Shown in pieces: positions 10,338-19,753 of a DNA stretch of 64,000 bases (the stretch's first letter is position 1; each line of letters opens with the position of its first letter). The notes beneath the pieces are model-generated. The model saw only the letters and a list, made by a program, of their open reading frames with translations, ran no database searches and was not told the DNA's origin. Both the position numbers and the translations under genes were made by a program. The stretch lies in the IMG/VR virus record IMGVR_UViG_3300021197_001705, one strand, 5' to 3'. The DNA comes from an uncultured virus (IMG/VR IMGVR_UViG_3300021197_001705) (taxonomy: Duplodnaviria > Heunggongvirae > Uroviricota > Caudoviricetes).

Positions 10338-10946
10338 CTAATAGATGAACCACTTTGACGTGCCGTCACTATAAAGAGTTAACGCAGCACTGTCTCCACT
10401 TATACAATAAGTAGCAGCGTGATCTATTGTTTCTCCGCCAGATGCTGATACTGCTATTTCATTGGCGCTAGATCTAGTCGAACTCCACTCGTCTTTAATA
10501 ATCAGTACCCGCCCAAAGCCAGCAGTGGCTGCTGCTGGTAATTGTATCGCTACGTATGCACTAGAACTGACACCTATAATCGAATCATAAGCCGCAACTG
10601 TATGGGTTGCTCCGGTAAGTTTGTAATAATGTTGCCTAAGACCACCAGATACAATCGATACTGAACCTGTGAAGACATGAGTGTCTGTAGCGTCATCACC
10701 GAAGTTCGTACCACCACTAGATGAAATTTCAACTTTCGTTGTTTGGATCACATCAAGGGTATGTGCGGATATTGTACCACTAACGATTACAGAGCCAGAA
10801 ACAAACAAGGTATTAGAGCCGGTCGCGAACGTAAAAGTGTTGCTACCACTAAGCTCTCCATTCTCCGCCTTAAGGTATTGAATCGATTCTTTTGGCCCCT
10901 GTCCGGTAACCGCTCCTGATAAATATGCCCATCCAAATTCAGCCAT
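10338..10946 (-). CDS. Short fibre/decoration structural protein
   Basis: FGDDxxDxHxFTGS motif; same C-terminal LPxA...IKDE...ID...WFIY domain. Confidence 0.7.
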   Translation of the reverse strand: MAEFGWAYLSGAVTGQGPKESIQYLKAENGELSGSNTFTFATGSNTLFVSGSVIVSGTISAHTLDVIQTTKVEISSSGGTNFGDDATDTHVFTGSVSIVSGGLRQHYYKLTGATHTVAAYDSIIGVSSSAYVAIQLPAAATAGFGRVLIIKDEWSSTRSSANEIAVSASGGETIDHAATYCISGDSAALTLYSDGTSKWFIY

Positions 10947-10984
10947 TATAATTTACTCCGATTATTGCTCATTGACATACCTTA

Positions 10985-11446
10985 TTAAAATGTGCTACAA
11001 GCAGCAAAAACAGCAATTTCTGTGTCGTCTGCATTGACAAAGGCAACTCTATCTATTCCCACTATGTGATAGACTCGGTATTCTCTATCAGACGGAATTT
11101 GATCGGCAACTGCTCTACCTGAATCAGCAACAGTTATAGATGCTGCTGCTGGATTTGTGTTGTCCCCAACAGGAAAAGGTGCAGACTCGGGTATTTCAAA
11201 CCACCTTTGAAAAGCATGACAATATCCAAAAATTGTTAATGCGGCTGGTGCCGTATCATGTAGATCTGTGACCAAAACATGAAGGTATCTTTGATTTTCT
11301 GTAAGGTATCCTTCTGTTTTATAGTTTGCATTGCTATTTCTTAAATTATTTGTATCGGCCAGAAGTGCCACAGCAGTCCCAACCGGCCCTGCTATATTTT
11401 TTGGACTTCTTGTCCTTCCCCAACTTGATGCTATATAATTTGACAT
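10985..11446 (-). CDS. Hypothetical (probably virion) protein
   Basis: Start moved to ATG 11446 (MSNYIASSWG) because GGGAG lies just upstream; late motif at 11467-11476. Confidence 0.7.
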   Translation of the reverse strand: MSNYIASSWGRTRSPKNIAGPVGTAVALLADTNNLRNSNANYKTEGYLTENQRYLHVLVTDLHDTAPAALTIFGYCHAFQRWFEIPESAPFPVGDNTNPAAASITVADSGRAVADQIPSDREYRVYHIVGIDRVAFVNADDTEIAVFAACSTF

Positions 11447-11466
11447 AATAAAATCTCCCAACTCCC

Positions 11467-11476
11467 TATAAATAGT
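11467..11476 (-). promoter_or_regulatory. Putative late promoter ACTATTTATA
   Basis: Immediately after the bS21 stop, 21 nt upstream of ATG 11446. Confidence 0.55.
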
Positions 11477-11682
11477 TATCTTTTTTGTTTTGCTAGTTCT
11501 TTTGCTCTTCTTCTATCGGAGCGCTTTTTAGCTCTCCTTCTTTTTTCAGAGGGCTTCATGTAACTTTGCTTATCTCTGTAATCATCGAGAATACCAAGTT
11601 TTTTTATTTTCTTGCTAAATCGCTTGATAACTCGTTCTATATTTTCATTTCGCCTTGGATAGACGACTAGATTTGTAGCCAT
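11476..11682 (-). CDS. rpsU: Ribosomal protein bS21
   Basis: 68 aa, highly basic; NENIERVIKRFSKK...GILDDYRDKQSYMKPSEKRRR matches the bS21 signature (E..E.ALRRFK...YEKPS..R); TAATG coupling to the upstream gene. Confidence 0.9.
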   Translation of the reverse strand: MATNLVVYPRRNENIERVIKRFSKKIKKLGILDDYRDKQSYMKPSEKRRRAKKRSDRRRAKELAKQKR

Positions 11683-12110
11683 TATTTCTTTCCCATCATT
11701 TTGTTAAATATTGCAGAAGATTTGTTTCCAAATATATTTGATATATCAACCCCCGGATCTTTTGGGTCTAAACCAGATAATGCTCCCTGATTGCCATTTC
11801 CAGCAGGAGAAGGCGCAGGAGTTGTACCTTCAAAAATATTGATTCCACCGTATGCTTCAGCGCCAATTGCGTCTAAGAGTTTCTTCTTATGCTCTTTGAG
11901 CGCGTCATTGACATTCTTCCGTGAAGCGTGTTCCGGCTGTAATTTCTTTTTCGGTAGTGATTCTGTTACCACTTGTTTTTTAGTCAAATGTAAGCCATCA
12001 ACAACTTCACTTATTATATGTGATAAGGCTCCCTTTTCTTCGAATACAACTTCTTTTATGCATTCCTTGATTAAAGGCTTTAATATTTTTTTAATTTCGT
12101 TTTTATTCAT
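11682..12110 (-). CDS. Hypothetical head-region protein
   Basis: 142 aa; N-terminal LKPLIKECIKEV helix; coupled to the protease and bS21 genes by TAATG overlaps. Confidence 0.7.
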   Translation of the reverse strand: MNKNEIKKILKPLIKECIKEVVFEEKGALSHIISEVVDGLHLTKKQVVTESLPKKKLQPEHASRKNVNDALKEHKKKLLDAIGAEAYGGINIFEGTTPAPSPAGNGNQGALSGLDPKDPGVDISNIFGNKSSAIFNKMMGKK

Positions 12111-12733
12111 TAGTCTCTCAAAATTTTGTTAAACAAATCATCAATAATTAGATCACTCTTCCGCTTTATTTTACTTTCGTACATCTTTGGTGACTCACTT
12201 CGTTGATTTTTAGGATACATATAAGCATCAGGCGTTGAAGGTTCGGATACAATGTCGAAACAAATTAGTTCAAAATCTTCTTGAACAATGGTGCCTTCGC
12301 GGCTTTCCTTAACAGAGCCGAGGCCCCGACTTGAAATACCAAGCTTTATACCAGACTCGACAAGTCCTTTTAATATATTACCAGATGGCGTATCAAGGAT
12401 CTTTATCTTGCCCATTACGTCTTTTCCTTCCCACCACATGTCTGTTATGACGTGGGATACGTTTCTGAGGTTGATTACAGAATCATCTGGGTGGTCTAGT
12501 TCTCCCAAGGCCCTGTTGTCTTTAATAACGTTTTGATAATTTTGCACTTCTTTTCTAAGAACATCACAAGGATAAATTCTTCCATTACCGTTTTTCATTT
12601 CACAGGTTTGCATTCTCCCTGATAGGTAAACGGTACCATTGGATACTTCTCTCTTTTCTCGTTCAGTTAAAAGATCTTGGCATATGCCATCTTTACAAAG
12701 TTCGTAAAATTCTGTTAAAAGTTTTTTAGCCAT
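12110..12733 (-). CDS. Prohead core protein protease (T4 gp21-like)
   Basis: NGNGRIYP, ALGELDHP, GISSRGLGS and FDIVSEPS motifs. Confidence 0.95.
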   Translation of the reverse strand: MAKKLLTEFYELCKDGICQDLLTEREKREVSNGTVYLSGRMQTCEMKNGNGRIYPCDVLRKEVQNYQNVIKDNRALGELDHPDDSVINLRNVSHVITDMWWEGKDVMGKIKILDTPSGNILKGLVESGIKLGISSRGLGSVKESREGTIVQEDFELICFDIVSEPSTPDAYMYPKNQRSESPKMYESKIKRKSDLIIDDLFNKILRD

Positions 12734-12742
12734 AGTGTTCTC

Positions 12743-13114
12743 CTAATTGCCACGATAGTAGGTTTGTGGGCTCAACACCTCTTGCTTTCCATCTGAAAAT
12801 ACGACTTCAATTGTACCACCATGCATTGGAATGATTTGTGTTATTTTTGGCACATCATCACCGATATTCCAGTTCGGGTGAAGTTTATAAAGTTTGCGAA
12901 CCATTTTCAAGCCAAGGTTCAAATCCATAAACTCTTTATTTGTCATTCTTACTAGATTTTCAAGCTTTTGCCAAGGTTCTACGACTCTCGGGGGACTCTC
13001 GGGGGAGCGAGATACTGACTGTACCTTGGTTTCACCACCGAAAAGGCCTTGTTGATATGCCTCTTTTAATTCTTTTTTAATCATTTCTCTCAATAATTTT
13101 GCTGTTAGTTTCAT
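12743..13114 (-). CDS. Hypothetical protein with MKLT..LL...IKKEL leader (putative internal head protein)
   Basis: Leader resembles those of 21636-22067 and 28257-28817. Confidence 0.65.
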   Translation of the reverse strand: MKLTAKLLREMIKKELKEAYQQGLFGGETKVQSVSRSPESPPRVVEPWQKLENLVRMTNKEFMDLNLGLKMVRKLYKLHPNWNIGDDVPKITQIIPMHGGTIEVVFSDGKQEVLSPQTYYRGN

Positions 13115-13127
13115 TTTGGGGTTCCTT

Positions 13128-13157
13128 AAAAGTAAAAAGTGGGGGCGCTACCCCCAC
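13128..13157 (-). terminator. Hairpin plus U-tract (intrinsic terminator; SECIS-like role not excluded)
   Basis: GTGGGGG-TAGCG-CCCCCAC then TTTTTACTTTT, 3 nt after a TGA. Confidence 0.6.
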
Positions 13158-13160
13158 GAG

Positions 13161-13214
13161 TCAGCTTCCGCTACAGCAACGTCTTACTGGTTGAAGCATC
13201 CATTTCTTAGTCAT
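13161..13214 (-). CDS. 17-aa Cys-Cys peptide MTKKWMLQPVRRCCSGS (not in ORF track)
   Basis: AGGAG 6 nt upstream of ATG 13214; overlaps the end of the upstream gene; fills the gap before the hairpin. Confidence 0.55.
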   Translation of the reverse strand: MTKKWMLQPVRRCCSGS

Positions 13215-13527
13215 GACCAACTCCTATATGGTTAATATTTATGCCTTCATCTTTTACAATCATTGATAGAAAGTAGGAAGTTCCGGCTGAGATGCATCCG
13301 CATATAAACATATTTGCGATTGAATACTCGAAAGTAAATAGTTCAGTGAAACCATTTATCAAAAATAAGAAACACCCAACCCAAAAACCTAAACAAAGGG
13401 GACAATACCATAGGGTATTCCACTTTTTTGTGTAATCTTTCTTGGGTCGAATGTCTTCAAATATCTTGCCGTATACCAACATGAATGTCATACCGTATGC
13501 AGCAAGAATAAAATAGATTAAGTCCAC
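13207..13527 (-). CDS. Small membrane protein with CxxC (DUF1360-like)
   Basis: Three hydrophobic segments; CPLCLGFWVG motif; GTG start with AGGAG. Confidence 0.7.
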   Translation of the reverse strand: MDLIYFILAAYGMTFMLVYGKIFEDIRPKKDYTKKWNTLWYCPLCLGFWVGCFLFLINGFTELFTFEYSIANMFICGCISAGTSYFLSMIVKDEGININHIGVGHD

Positions 13528-13535
13528 TTAGTCTC

Positions 13536-14114
13536 CTAATATATGTATCTGCCGTACATGTAAGGGGCAAACAAGCCATGCTGTTTAATAGAACCCTTCT
13601 CTTCTTCGTGTGGTACTTCGCCAAACTCTGTTGACCTTTCGTCATTCGGGTCTAGAACGAAATCATCCATCATATCATCATGGCCTTTGGACGATTTCAT
13701 GTATGGTCTTTCGCTATCAATCCATTGACTTATTTCGTACAAAGCGGCTTTAACACCGTCAGCTTTTTTGGCCTCATGAATCTTTGCCTCAAGGGAACCA
13801 TAAACGTTTCCGCCTTGTATAGAATCGTAAGCGATAATCCCTGTCTTTTTCAGGTGGTCGAATAAACGACTCTCTGCGCCATATACGATTTCTGTCATTA
13901 GGTCTTTAGCAAAGGCCACAACTTTTTTCTTTTCAGTCATAACAACGATATCGATGTCAGAGTGGTCAAAGATCATAAGATCTCCATTTAGCGCTTCCCT
14001 CATCATCAATTGAAATTCAAGCATTTGTTTGTTGCTATTTTGTATATTAATTTTAATCGTTTCTTTCACTTTGATATTAACATCATCAGAGTTTATATTT
14101 ACCTTAACTGGCAT
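13536..14114 (-). CDS. Hypothetical head-module protein
   Basis: Start moved to ATG 14114 (MPVKVNI) with GGAGG upstream. Confidence 0.7.
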   Translation of the reverse strand: MPVKVNINSDDVNIKVKETIKINIQNSNKQMLEFQLMMREALNGDLMIFDHSDIDIVVMTEKKKVVAFAKDLMTEIVYGAESRLFDHLKKTGIIAYDSIQGGNVYGSLEAKIHEAKKADGVKAALYEISQWIDSERPYMKSSKGHDDMMDDFVLDPNDERSTEFGEVPHEEEKGSIKQHGLFAPYMYGRYIY

Positions 14115-14925
14115 TGTTTGATACCTCCGCAACAAGATTCTGAATTAAAAATACATCCTTAACTACTTCTTCTGTGATTGGAGTGTTTTTAAAATTCTCA
14201 AGTTTATTCAAAACTTGCTTTGTTTTGGCCAAAAACGCCTCATTTTTTGCTATTTTTTGTGTTTTGGTACATTCATGTAGGTTAATCTTAAGACGCGAAA
14301 TTTCCTCGTTTAAGAACGATTTAAGACCCAAGCCGTTATCAGAGAATGAAATAATATAATTCATTAAAAGATCTTTCTGTTCTCTTCTTAGACTATTGCC
14401 ATAAGTTTTATTAAATTTATTAGTAAATGTCTTGTATGTGAGGTTGTCGACATGAGAGAGTTCGCGCTTTTCGCTTTTCTCTGTTGACATCACTTGAACC
14501 AAACGGCCTTCAACAAGAATACGGTTCTTTGCTTTAAGGTTGGAGTTCAAATACGCTCCAATTGATGCTATATCTTTGTAGTTTGAGATGAAATTAGCAA
14601 ATGCTGTTGGTGATAGTGTCTCGTTAATCTCTTTAATTAATATAGTTTGCTGATTGAAGACCATTTTTCTATCAATATTTTCGAAATCTTTCTTCGTCTC
14701 AGCAAGAAGTCGTATTGCGAATTCTTTGTTTACTTTTTTACCCTCAAGAATTGATCGGTAAATATCCAAATCTTGCTTAAGGACAGAGTCTTTTTTAAAA
14801 CTCTCCTTTATAATCTTAATAATGTTTTGCCGCTTTTGTTTGTCCTTGCGAACAATTGCTTTTGTGAGTTCTTTAACAAGACATTCGTAAAGAAAAGCGG
14901 TATTTCTTTTCTTATTGTGCTTCAT
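14104..14925 (-). CDS. Portal-adjacent hypothetical protein
   Basis: 273 aa, helical, KHNKKRNTAFLYE start; overlaps the portal stop; GGAG RBS. Confidence 0.75.
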   Translation of the reverse strand: MKHNKKRNTAFLYECLVKELTKAIVRKDKQKRQNIIKIIKESFKKDSVLKQDLDIYRSILEGKKVNKEFAIRLLAETKKDFENIDRKMVFNQQTILIKEINETLSPTAFANFISNYKDIASIGAYLNSNLKAKNRILVEGRLVQVMSTEKSEKRELSHVDNLTYKTFTNKFNKTYGNSLRREQKDLLMNYIISFSDNGLGLKSFLNEEISRLKINLHECTKTQKIAKNEAFLAKTKQVLNKLENFKNTPITEEVVKDVFLIQNLVAEVSNNAS

Positions 14926-16819
14926 GATCTTTTTTCTCCGTTTTTATAAGGCCTTCTAAAAGTTTATCAATTTCATACTTTGTATTAAATAGTTTGTTTT
15001 CTTCAACTTTGTGTGATTCTGTAATACCTTTTGATAATTGTCTAAGCTCTGTGGAGCCCATGGGCAAAGCAGTCCTTGCTGTGTTACCGTATTCTCCAGT
15101 GGCTTGGTTTTTGAAATTCTTCTTTCTGCCGCCTTTATTATAATTCATCTGGTGTCTTTTATACTTGCCTCGCTTGTATTGAGAGCCATCATCTCTCTTA
15201 CCGGGTGGCTCTGCTAATAAAACATCGTCTTCTTCATCGCCACCGGCTGGTTCTGTGTCTCCTTCACCGCCCAAGTCAAGGTCGCCACCAAGGTCATCTC
15301 CACCAAGGTCACCGCCAAGATCACCGCCTAAGTCTCCACCCAGACCGCCACCTTCTCCTTGTCCTTCTCCGCCTTGAAGTTGTGTTGCAAATTTCATATC
15401 ATGAAACATTTCTCTTTGGTTTCTGATGAATTCATCTTCTGATATGCCGAGCATATGCTCTGCTACCCAACGCTTAGAAAAATAACCTTCTGTTGCTGCG
15501 CCCGCAGCTTCAAACTTGCTTTTCCAATGTTCAAGCTCTTGCAGTTCAGCAATCTTAGAAGGGTTGTTGAGGTGAAGAGAGAATGAAAGAAGGTCGTCTC
15601 CCCTGAAGCCGAGAGTGAATAGGTGTATAATACCAATCTTTTCAAGCTCCGATATAATAACGCGTTGTAAACGCTGAATGGTCCTTGAAAAGCGAATATC
15701 TTTCTGTGCAAGAGTCGTTTTGTCCTCCATCGCGCCCTCACCCATTGTAAGATAAGCTTGCGGAATCTTAATCGCAGCAAAAAGTTTGTCTTTGAGATAT
15801 TTAACATCTTCTACTGTTCCTGTGAATTGTCCACCGGGTAAATTAGTGATCTCAGACGCAGATCCACCGCGAACAGGAATAAAATAATCCTCTTCTATTG
15901 ATAGTGGGTTGTAGCGAAGGTCCACACGACCTGTGGTAGGATCAACAACCTGATGACGTTTCATCTGGGTCATAACCTTTTGCATGTACTGTTCTACATC
16001 TTGAGGAGCGATATTACCAACATCAATTTTAAATACTCGTCGCTCTGGTGACCTGACAATACGATAGGCCATCATCGCGTCCTCAAGAAGGGTGAGTTGT
16101 CTCCAAATACGACGAGCCGGCTCAAGCACGGATGTTCCATAAGGAACGTTTTTGTCGTTTCCTAACACTCTAAAGTGGGCGACTTGCCAATTCTCAAGTG
16201 TAAGACCAGCAGAGTTCCATTGGTATTGAACGTAATTCGGGTTACTTTCGTCTTCGCCCTCAAGTCTTTCGACTTCTTGTGGGGGCAGACCAATACAGTT
16301 TCTAATCCCAGCGTCTTCATCCATATCTAAATAAAGAAATAGGTCCCCGTATTTACACATAGTTCGAGACCAACCAAATAAATTGTGGTTGACGTTGAGA
16401 ACATTAAAATACAAAGAATCAAGAACTGACTTGATTTCGTCGTTTGCACATTTGATTTGCAACATCGGGTTTAAACTTGAGTGGGTCGTCATCTCGTCTG
16501 CATAGATATCTAATGCCGAAGCAATGATAGGTTCGTATTCCATTTGGTCAAAGTCGACATAACGCTCAGATCGATTTCTGTTGGAAATCATATTGACTGC
16601 CATAACGTTCATGGGGTTATATTCAGTCTTTTTGAATTGTTTACCGGAGGCTGACTTAAATCGATTAGCATATATATCGAGATGCCTTCTCCGAATCTCC
16701 CTACCCGTCTGAGTCCTACGATTGACTATTGGTCCAGAAAACAGTCTTGTAAGTGATTTGAACAGTTTGTTCGTTTCATTATAGGGGTTATTCCCTTTTT
16801 TTCCATATTTTTTAGCCAT
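14912..16819 (-). CDS. Portal vertex protein (T4 gp20-like)
   Basis: IASALDIYADE, LLEDAMMAYRIVRSPERRVFKIDVGN, EDYFIPVRGG...LPGG motifs; GGDL-repeat tail. Confidence 0.95.
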   Translation of the reverse strand: MAKKYGKKGNNPYNETNKLFKSLTRLFSGPIVNRRTQTGREIRRRHLDIYANRFKSASGKQFKKTEYNPMNVMAVNMISNRNRSERYVDFDQMEYEPIIASALDIYADEMTTHSSLNPMLQIKCANDEIKSVLDSLYFNVLNVNHNLFGWSRTMCKYGDLFLYLDMDEDAGIRNCIGLPPQEVERLEGEDESNPNYVQYQWNSAGLTLENWQVAHFRVLGNDKNVPYGTSVLEPARRIWRQLTLLEDAMMAYRIVRSPERRVFKIDVGNIAPQDVEQYMQKVMTQMKRHQVVDPTTGRVDLRYNPLSIEEDYFIPVRGGSASEITNLPGGQFTGTVEDVKYLKDKLFAAIKIPQAYLTMGEGAMEDKTTLAQKDIRFSRTIQRLQRVIISELEKIGIIHLFTLGFRGDDLLSFSLHLNNPSKIAELQELEHWKSKFEAAGAATEGYFSKRWVAEHMLGISEDEFIRNQREMFHDMKFATQLQGGEGQGEGGGLGGDLGGDLGGDLGGDDLGGDLDLGGEGDTEPAGGDEEDDVLLAEPPGKRDDGSQYKRGKYKRHQMNYNKGGRKKNFKNQATGEYGNTARTALPMGSTELRQLSKGITESHKVEENKLFNTKYEIDKLLEGLIKTEKKDHEAQ

Positions 16820-16825
16820 ATTATA

Positions 16826-18412
16826 TTATCCTTTGTAAATCCATAAAAAATCTTTTGTTTGCTCAATTTCATCCCTGTATTTCTCTTGAGTTGTTTGGGA
16901 GAAAGTATCCATTCCTTTAATTGCTGTGTTAAGTTTGGTGGTGTTCATGTACATCGAATTCATCATTGCCTTTTTATATTCTTGTTCTTTTTTATTAACT
17001 TGTAGGGCCGTATCTCGAACCCAACAAGCAATTGCCAATGACATAACTAGGTCATCGTTGTAGCTTCTCATAGATTGCGGTTTTCCATTAGCCCATATAA
17101 AGGTTTTAAATTCGTGATAAGACCTACTAGAATAAATCTTTACCAACTTGTTTCGTATAAACTCCTCTAGTTTAGCCACAATTAAAGGCCTTGTCTTGGT
17201 TGATGTTGTAAATCCCGCAATTGCATTATTCATATTTTCGCCCTGAATCTGACTGACAAACTCATGTGTTGACTTAATAGAATAATATAAATTAGGATAC
17301 CCCAAGTTAATTAGTTTTTCCAAAATTGATATACCAATACCGTTGTTTTCTACAACCAAAAGGCAATTTCCAAATTCGGAACCAGCAGAAAACAACATCT
17401 GTGAGTACATGTCCAAACTTGGCTTTCCTTGATATTCGGCAATCACCTCCATGGTCTCTAATTTTATAACATGAAAAACAGAATTATCTGCGCCATCTCC
17501 CCTTGCTACATCAGCAACAAGCAAGTATGTATTATTTTCATTATATTTTTCCCAAAGCCAAAAATTGCGATCGTGCCCGGTTCTATACTCTGGGTCCTTC
17601 AATAATTTACTGAGCCATGTCAAATCATCCGGGTGAATAACAGTGTCACCAGAAGTATTAAAATTACACAACAATTCCTGCGCGACTTGTCTCTTGGACA
17701 TGTTCTTGGTCTCTTTCTCAAACCACGCTTGGTCTCTCTCTGGGTGTACGTCCCACATCAACTCAATAGGGTTGAACTCGTTCTCACCGTCGACAGCACC
17801 AACATAGGTTTTATGAAACCAGTTTCCGGTACCTTTTGGGGTGGAAAGAGCAATGCATCTACCACCTGTCGCTAATGTAGAATAAACAGCAGTCCATATA
17901 TCTGTCATCTTTTCAACATGTGCGGCCTCGTCAATTACAAGCAGAGACAGGGCTTCTGAACGACCTGCGTCTTCTGATGTTGGCACCGCCTTGATAATTG
18001 AACCGTTAGATAACTCAAAGGATGTCCTGTTGTCGATAGAGATCCTAGAAACCTTCATCCAATCCGGAAGGTTTTTCATCATGCTTTTTACCTTCTTGAC
18101 AAGGTTCGAGGCTGTGCTGAATTTAGTAGCAAGAACAACGATGTTCTTTTCTTTGTGAAAAAGCATAAACCAAACACAATAAGCAGCAGTGATCGTTGAG
18201 ATCCCTAGCTGCCTTGCTTTTAAAATAACGTTAAAACGAAAATCATTATAATCATCTAACAAGTCATCTTGATACGGATACGTCTTAAATTGTATTAGTC
18301 CTTTCATAGGGTGACTAATTCGACAATAATTGTTAATAAAGTAGGTAGAATCTTTACCTGATTTGATGATCTCTTTTATAATGTCTTGTTTGGAAAGACG
18401 ATATGGTTTCAT
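16826..18412 (-). CDS. Terminase large subunit (T4 gp17-like)
   Basis: YPYQ, LKARQLGIST (Walker A), LVIDEAA (Walker B), STPKG, ADVARGDGAD and NDDLVMSLAI nuclease motifs. Confidence 0.95.
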   Translation of the reverse strand: MKPYRLSKQDIIKEIIKSGKDSTYFINNYCRISHPMKGLIQFKTYPYQDDLLDDYNDFRFNVILKARQLGISTITAAYCVWFMLFHKEKNIVVLATKFSTASNLVKKVKSMMKNLPDWMKVSRISIDNRTSFELSNGSIIKAVPTSEDAGRSEALSLLVIDEAAHVEKMTDIWTAVYSTLATGGRCIALSTPKGTGNWFHKTYVGAVDGENEFNPIELMWDVHPERDQAWFEKETKNMSKRQVAQELLCNFNTSGDTVIHPDDLTWLSKLLKDPEYRTGHDRNFWLWEKYNENNTYLLVADVARGDGADNSVFHVIKLETMEVIAEYQGKPSLDMYSQMLFSAGSEFGNCLLVVENNGIGISILEKLINLGYPNLYYSIKSTHEFVSQIQGENMNNAIAGFTTSTKTRPLIVAKLEEFIRNKLVKIYSSRSYHEFKTFIWANGKPQSMRSYNDDLVMSLAIACWVRDTALQVNKKEQEYKKAMMNSMYMNTTKLNTAIKGMDTFSQTTQEKYRDEIEQTKDFLWIYKG

Positions 18413-18957
18413 TTTTTCCTTGTATCATTTCGTGGTCTTTTGTTCTTGTTATCTAAATCCATAAACTTACGCCATGAATCTTCGATTTTTCTATTCTCTG
18501 ATCCGCCTGCATCGGGATCTACTTTGATTCCTGAGATATTGAAATGCTGGTATGCTTGTACGAAACTGCGAACTCTAGATACAGACGAAGCAAGAACGGA
18601 AACATCCCCTTCCTTGGTAAGGGTTATCGAGTTTCCGGTAATCGCCTTGTATTCTTTTTGAAGAAACTTTTTTATCTCGTTCAACACGCGAGACATTTCA
18701 TTTTCGAATTCCCCACCGTATATCTCTTTAAGTCTTATATCAGACTGGTAATGGATAACAATTTGGTTTCCCATAAATTTTACACTGAAGCCATCATTTA
18801 CCCTCTGATCTATGATAGGGCAACCTTCCTCTCGTTTTAGTCCGATTTTTTTAACTTCACCATCACGAACAAAACGCTCATCATGAGAGCCATCATATGC
18901 ATTGGCAGCAGCTTGTGCTAGCCCTTGAACGATTTCTAAAATATTTGATTCAGCCAT
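18409..18957 (-). CDS. Hypothetical protein upstream of terminase
   Basis: Start moved to ATG 18957 (MAESNILEIVQG) with GGAG; ATGA coupling to terminase. Confidence 0.7.
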   Translation of the reverse strand: MAESNILEIVQGLAQAAANAYDGSHDERFVRDGEVKKIGLKREEGCPIIDQRVNDGFSVKFMGNQIVIHYQSDIRLKEIYGGEFENEMSRVLNEIKKFLQKEYKAITGNSITLTKEGDVSVLASSVSRVRSFVQAYQHFNISGIKVDPDAGGSENRKIEDSWRKFMDLDNKNKRPRNDTRKK

Positions 18958-19327
18958 TATTAGGTCTCCATCCTTGTTTCCATCTATCTTCGCGTCCTTC
19001 AACCCATTGTATATAACACTTCTCACAACATTCAAATTTAGACATATAGAGATCATCGTTTGATTTAAATGAATATGTATTACAAACCGGGCAAGAGCGC
19101 TTGGATTCTCTTTTAAGTAGTTTCTTGGATATAAAAACTCCATTTACTTCCTCCTCATCGTAGTCTATGTGACTAGTGGAATCGCAAACTGTTTTTAATT
19201 GCTTAAGGTATTCTTTTTCTTTTTCGCTTGTCCAGTTGGCCTTTGGGCTTTGGACTGCATCTTCTCCGTACTTTTCTGCGATAGCCTTTTCTACCTTAAT
19301 TGCGTAATTTGGATCTTTGTTTTTCAT
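18950..19327 (-). CDS. Hypothetical Zn-finger protein
   Basis: CPVC...CCEKC motif; GAGG RBS. Confidence 0.7.
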   Translation of the reverse strand: MKNKDPNYAIKVEKAIAEKYGEDAVQSPKANWTSEKEKEYLKQLKTVCDSTSHIDYDEEEVNGVFISKKLLKRESKRSCPVCNTYSFKSNDDLYMSKFECCEKCYIQWVEGREDRWKQGWRPNNG

Positions 19328-19333
19328 AAAGCC

Positions 19334-19753
19334 TCACTTCACCGCATGCATAATTGCTATGGATGTACCAACACCTGCAATAAACCCACCCGCAAGCCAC
19401 CAAGAGTTTTTGCTTGGCTTAACAAGTTTATTGAGCTTGTCTATTTCATCTTGTTTGATTGTTAGCAAATCAGTCAGGCGCTCGTCAGCAGACTCGCATT
19501 TGGCTGTTAAAAGGTTATAATTATACTTCTCCTTCTCTACCGCTCTGCTAACGTGGTACTCTATTTGGATATCGCACTGCTCTACCATTAGTCGGTTTTC
19601 GACAATCAACTTTGAAACAGCCGCATTGTTAAATAGCCTACCTTCGAATGGGGCCTTCTGGCCTTGGTTTAATTTTGTAAATTTTGGTTTTTGCTCAAAT
19701 GCGTGGGCCGCATTAGACCATGTCATTAGAAACCCTAATAAGAAATATTTCAT
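19334..19753 (-). CDS. Exported coiled-coil protein with C-terminal membrane anchor (spanin-like partner?)
   Basis: Signal peptide ending AHA, coiled coil, C-terminal WWLAGGFIAGVGTSIAI helix. Confidence 0.6.
   Translation of the reverse strand: MKYFLLGFLMTWSNAAHAFEQKPKFTKLNQGQKAPFEGRLFNNAAVSKLIVENRLMVEQCDIQIEYHVSRAVEKEKYNYNLLTAKCESADERLTDLLTIKQDEIDKLNKLVKPSKNSWWLAGGFIAGVGTSIAIMHAVK

Noticed and set aside
9070..11474. Plus-strand TATAAATA as T4 late promoters driving plus-strand genes
   Set aside because: No credible plus-strand genes; spacing to RBS and ATG fits the minus orientation
15270..15360. Short tandem repeats as a CRISPR array or VNTR
   Set aside because: Degenerate codons for the GGDL low-complexity tail of the portal; no spacers. 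No CRISPR array seen anywhere in the window
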